The notes under the pieces were generated by a model. The model saw only the letters and a list, made by a program, of their open reading frames with translations. It ran no database searches and was not told the origin of the DNA. From positions 26,355,347 to 26,419,346 of the forward strand of contig JAUZTB010000062.1 of assembly GCA_034780895.1 (NCBI GenBank): a stretch of 64,000 nt of DNA, given 5' to 3'. Of this stretch, positions 61,869 through 64,000 are shown piece by piece (position 1 is the first letter of the stretch; each line of letters begins with the position of its first letter). The DNA is from Rhynchobatus australiae (taxonomy: Eukaryota). The position numbers and the translations under genes were made by a program.

Positions 61869-63499
61869 ATCAATTTATCATCTATNNNNNNNNNNNNNNN
61901 NNNNNNNNNNNNNNNNNNNNNNNNNNNNNNNNNNNNNNNNNNNNNNNNNNNNNNNNNNNNNNNNNNNNNNNNNNNNNNNNNNNNNAAATATTTACGCAAG
62001 GACATCCCCCATGTGTCTGGAGTCAGCCCTGACCATGGGGACTACTTGACAGGAAGAAGTTGGCTTGGTGATAAATATGGAGGCTGGCAGTGAAGGAAAT
62101 GCATGTCCTCTTTAAATTGAACCATGGGAGCTTTTATGATTTAAAAGTTACAGCTAAAAGAGCGCAGTTGTTCAGCACTGCAGAATGGGATTGCAGATTA
62201 AACACTCAGTTTCTTCAAACCCTCCAAAGCAACAGTACCTACACCAGGCGCTCCTCGTAACTATCATCAGCCAGTACAAGTGTAAGTGGGGCAAGCAAAG
62301 GAGCAGCAGGCAGATTTGCTGCACCCACTTCCCTAGAAAGTGGGAGAAACACTACTTGTTAAACAGTAATTGTGCCAGAGGCCCTCACCCAACTCTGAAC
62401 CGTTGTTCACATACACTGAGCGGTGTGACACAGCTGAGGGAGTCCCAGCTTCCCAGTGTCAACATCAGCATCGAACACGGACTTCCAAACAGGTCTTGGA
62501 ACAACCTCAATCTTGCTGTTGGAGGAACTCAGTATGAGAGGCTTCCATTGCAGGTTAAACCTGTAATAAGCACTCACTGTGTACAAAGCTTCAATAAAAT
62601 GTATTGGCATGGTACATAGCCTTAAATGTATTAACTCAGGAGATGACATTCCCCGCAAGATCAAGTAGGAGTGAGCTGTCACTTCTCTTACCACCACTAG
62701 GTGGGAGTCTTGTATATGGGGAGTTATGCAAAGTCAGACCAAATGCTTTAAAAGGTATTGGTCCATTATTTCTATCACATGATGGCTTCGATTAAGTGGC
62801 CTTTCACTTTGGCTACATCTATGGATGTGCAACTGGAGAAATATGTCAACACACAAACACGACACACACATACTGAACATACCAAATACACCAGCAAGTA
62901 CTTTTTCTTTTTCAGAAATAATGTGGTAGATACTGTTAATTAAGATGCTCTTTGCACCAATGAGAGGGATGAATTAAGTTCAGGATGCCAGGATGTTGAA
63001 GATTTTGGGTAGAGATACGAATAATTAAGGAAAGAAGACTCTTATGGGAATGGTGCACAGGCCCCCTAACAATAAAGACCCAAAATGGAAGACCTCAACA
63101 GAAAGTGACTGCAATAATCAGTAGGGAAAGCTCAAACTCACAGACCCAAATTCAGTTCCCTCCCTTAATTCTTTTTTAAATGAGGGAAGCATGAAAGTAT
63201 AGTCCAGTATTGGTTGCAATCCCACTTTATGCCAGAACTATTGGTGCAGTGTGAAGGATCTTTGAAAAAGAGTTTGGGATATCTGCTCTGGGCTGAAGAG
63301 AAACTGAAGTGGATTGATTTATCCTCGCTCTTACTATCTGTTGTTTTAATCTTTCTGACTGGCTATTTTCCCTTCCTTATTAATCACATAGACATTCTTT
63401 GTTTTATTTTATATATTCTGTCCAATCTTCTGACACATCAAGAGTCTTGGCACAATTGTATGATTTTCCTTTAAGTCTAATGCTATCTTCAACCTTTTC

Positions 63500-64000
63500 A
63501 GTTAACTTTCTTTTTCATTGGAATGTATCCTTACTGCATATTCTGAAAGAGTCCCTTACTTGTCTGCCATTGCATCTCCATTGACTGATCCCTTAACCTA
63601 ATTTGCCAGTTCACTTTCATACCCTCACATCTGCCCTTCTTTAAGTTTATATACTGGTTTTGAACCCATTCTTCTTTTCCTCAAACTGAAAGTAAAATTC
63701 AATCATACTATGATCATTTCTATGTAGAGGTATCTTCACAATGAGATCATTAATTAATCCTGTTACACAACACCAGGTCAAGTATAACCCGTTAATAAAC
63801 TATCCCTCAAAACTCTATGGTCTACCTTTGCCACCAATATGTAGATTAAAATACCTCATGATTATCACTGTACCTTTCTGTCAAGTTCCCATTATTTCTT
63901 CCTTTATACTCCACCCTATGGTTGCTGTTACACCACTCCCATAAGAGATTTCTTTCCTTAATTATTTCTTATTTGCAGCCAAACTGCTTGTACATCTTGG
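63500..64000 (-). mobile_element. CR1 LINE ORF2 endonuclease-region fragment (another piece on + at ~63000-63080)
   Basis: Minus strand ILDLVLCN..LINDLIVK.PL.RNDHSMIEFYFQFE; plus-strand TLMGMVHRPPNN at ~63039-63074. Confidence 0.75.

Noticed and set aside
1-64000. CRISPR arrays, rRNA, true tRNA genes, familiar miRNAs, prokaryotic systems
   Set aside because: None seen. The tRNA-like boxes belong to SINE heads. miRNAs were checked only from memory, so an unfamiliar one could be missed.

Overview
This is AT-rich, CpG-depleted vertebrate genomic DNA from a gapped draft assembly. The repeat content points to a cartilaginous fish, probably a ray or shark (inference): V-SINE/HE1-like SINEs, Deu-domain SINEs, CR1, L2, RTE, Rex1/Babar, Tx1/L1 and Penelope-like elements. 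I recognise no intact protein-coding exon, so the window looks like a long intron or gene desert. The only host-gene-derived sequence is an intronless RPS23 (uS12) pseudogene fragment at ~59953-60174 (-). Most notable observations: (1) a branch point + polypyrimidine tract + TAG|GTAAGT motif on the minus strand at 26714-26744, resembling a recursive splice site, with a possible 100-nt RS-exon; (2) short Penelope terminal-repeat remnants with decayed hammerhead-ribozyme cores, three of them inverted pairs, one flanked by an apparent 7-9 bp target-site duplication; (3) an 81-bp inverted repeat, a 195-bp near-identical local duplication and an older ~139-bp duplication; (4) several repeat-free, motif-dense enhancer candidates. 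Repeat families were assigned by eye from remembered consensus motifs, and their boundaries are approximate.
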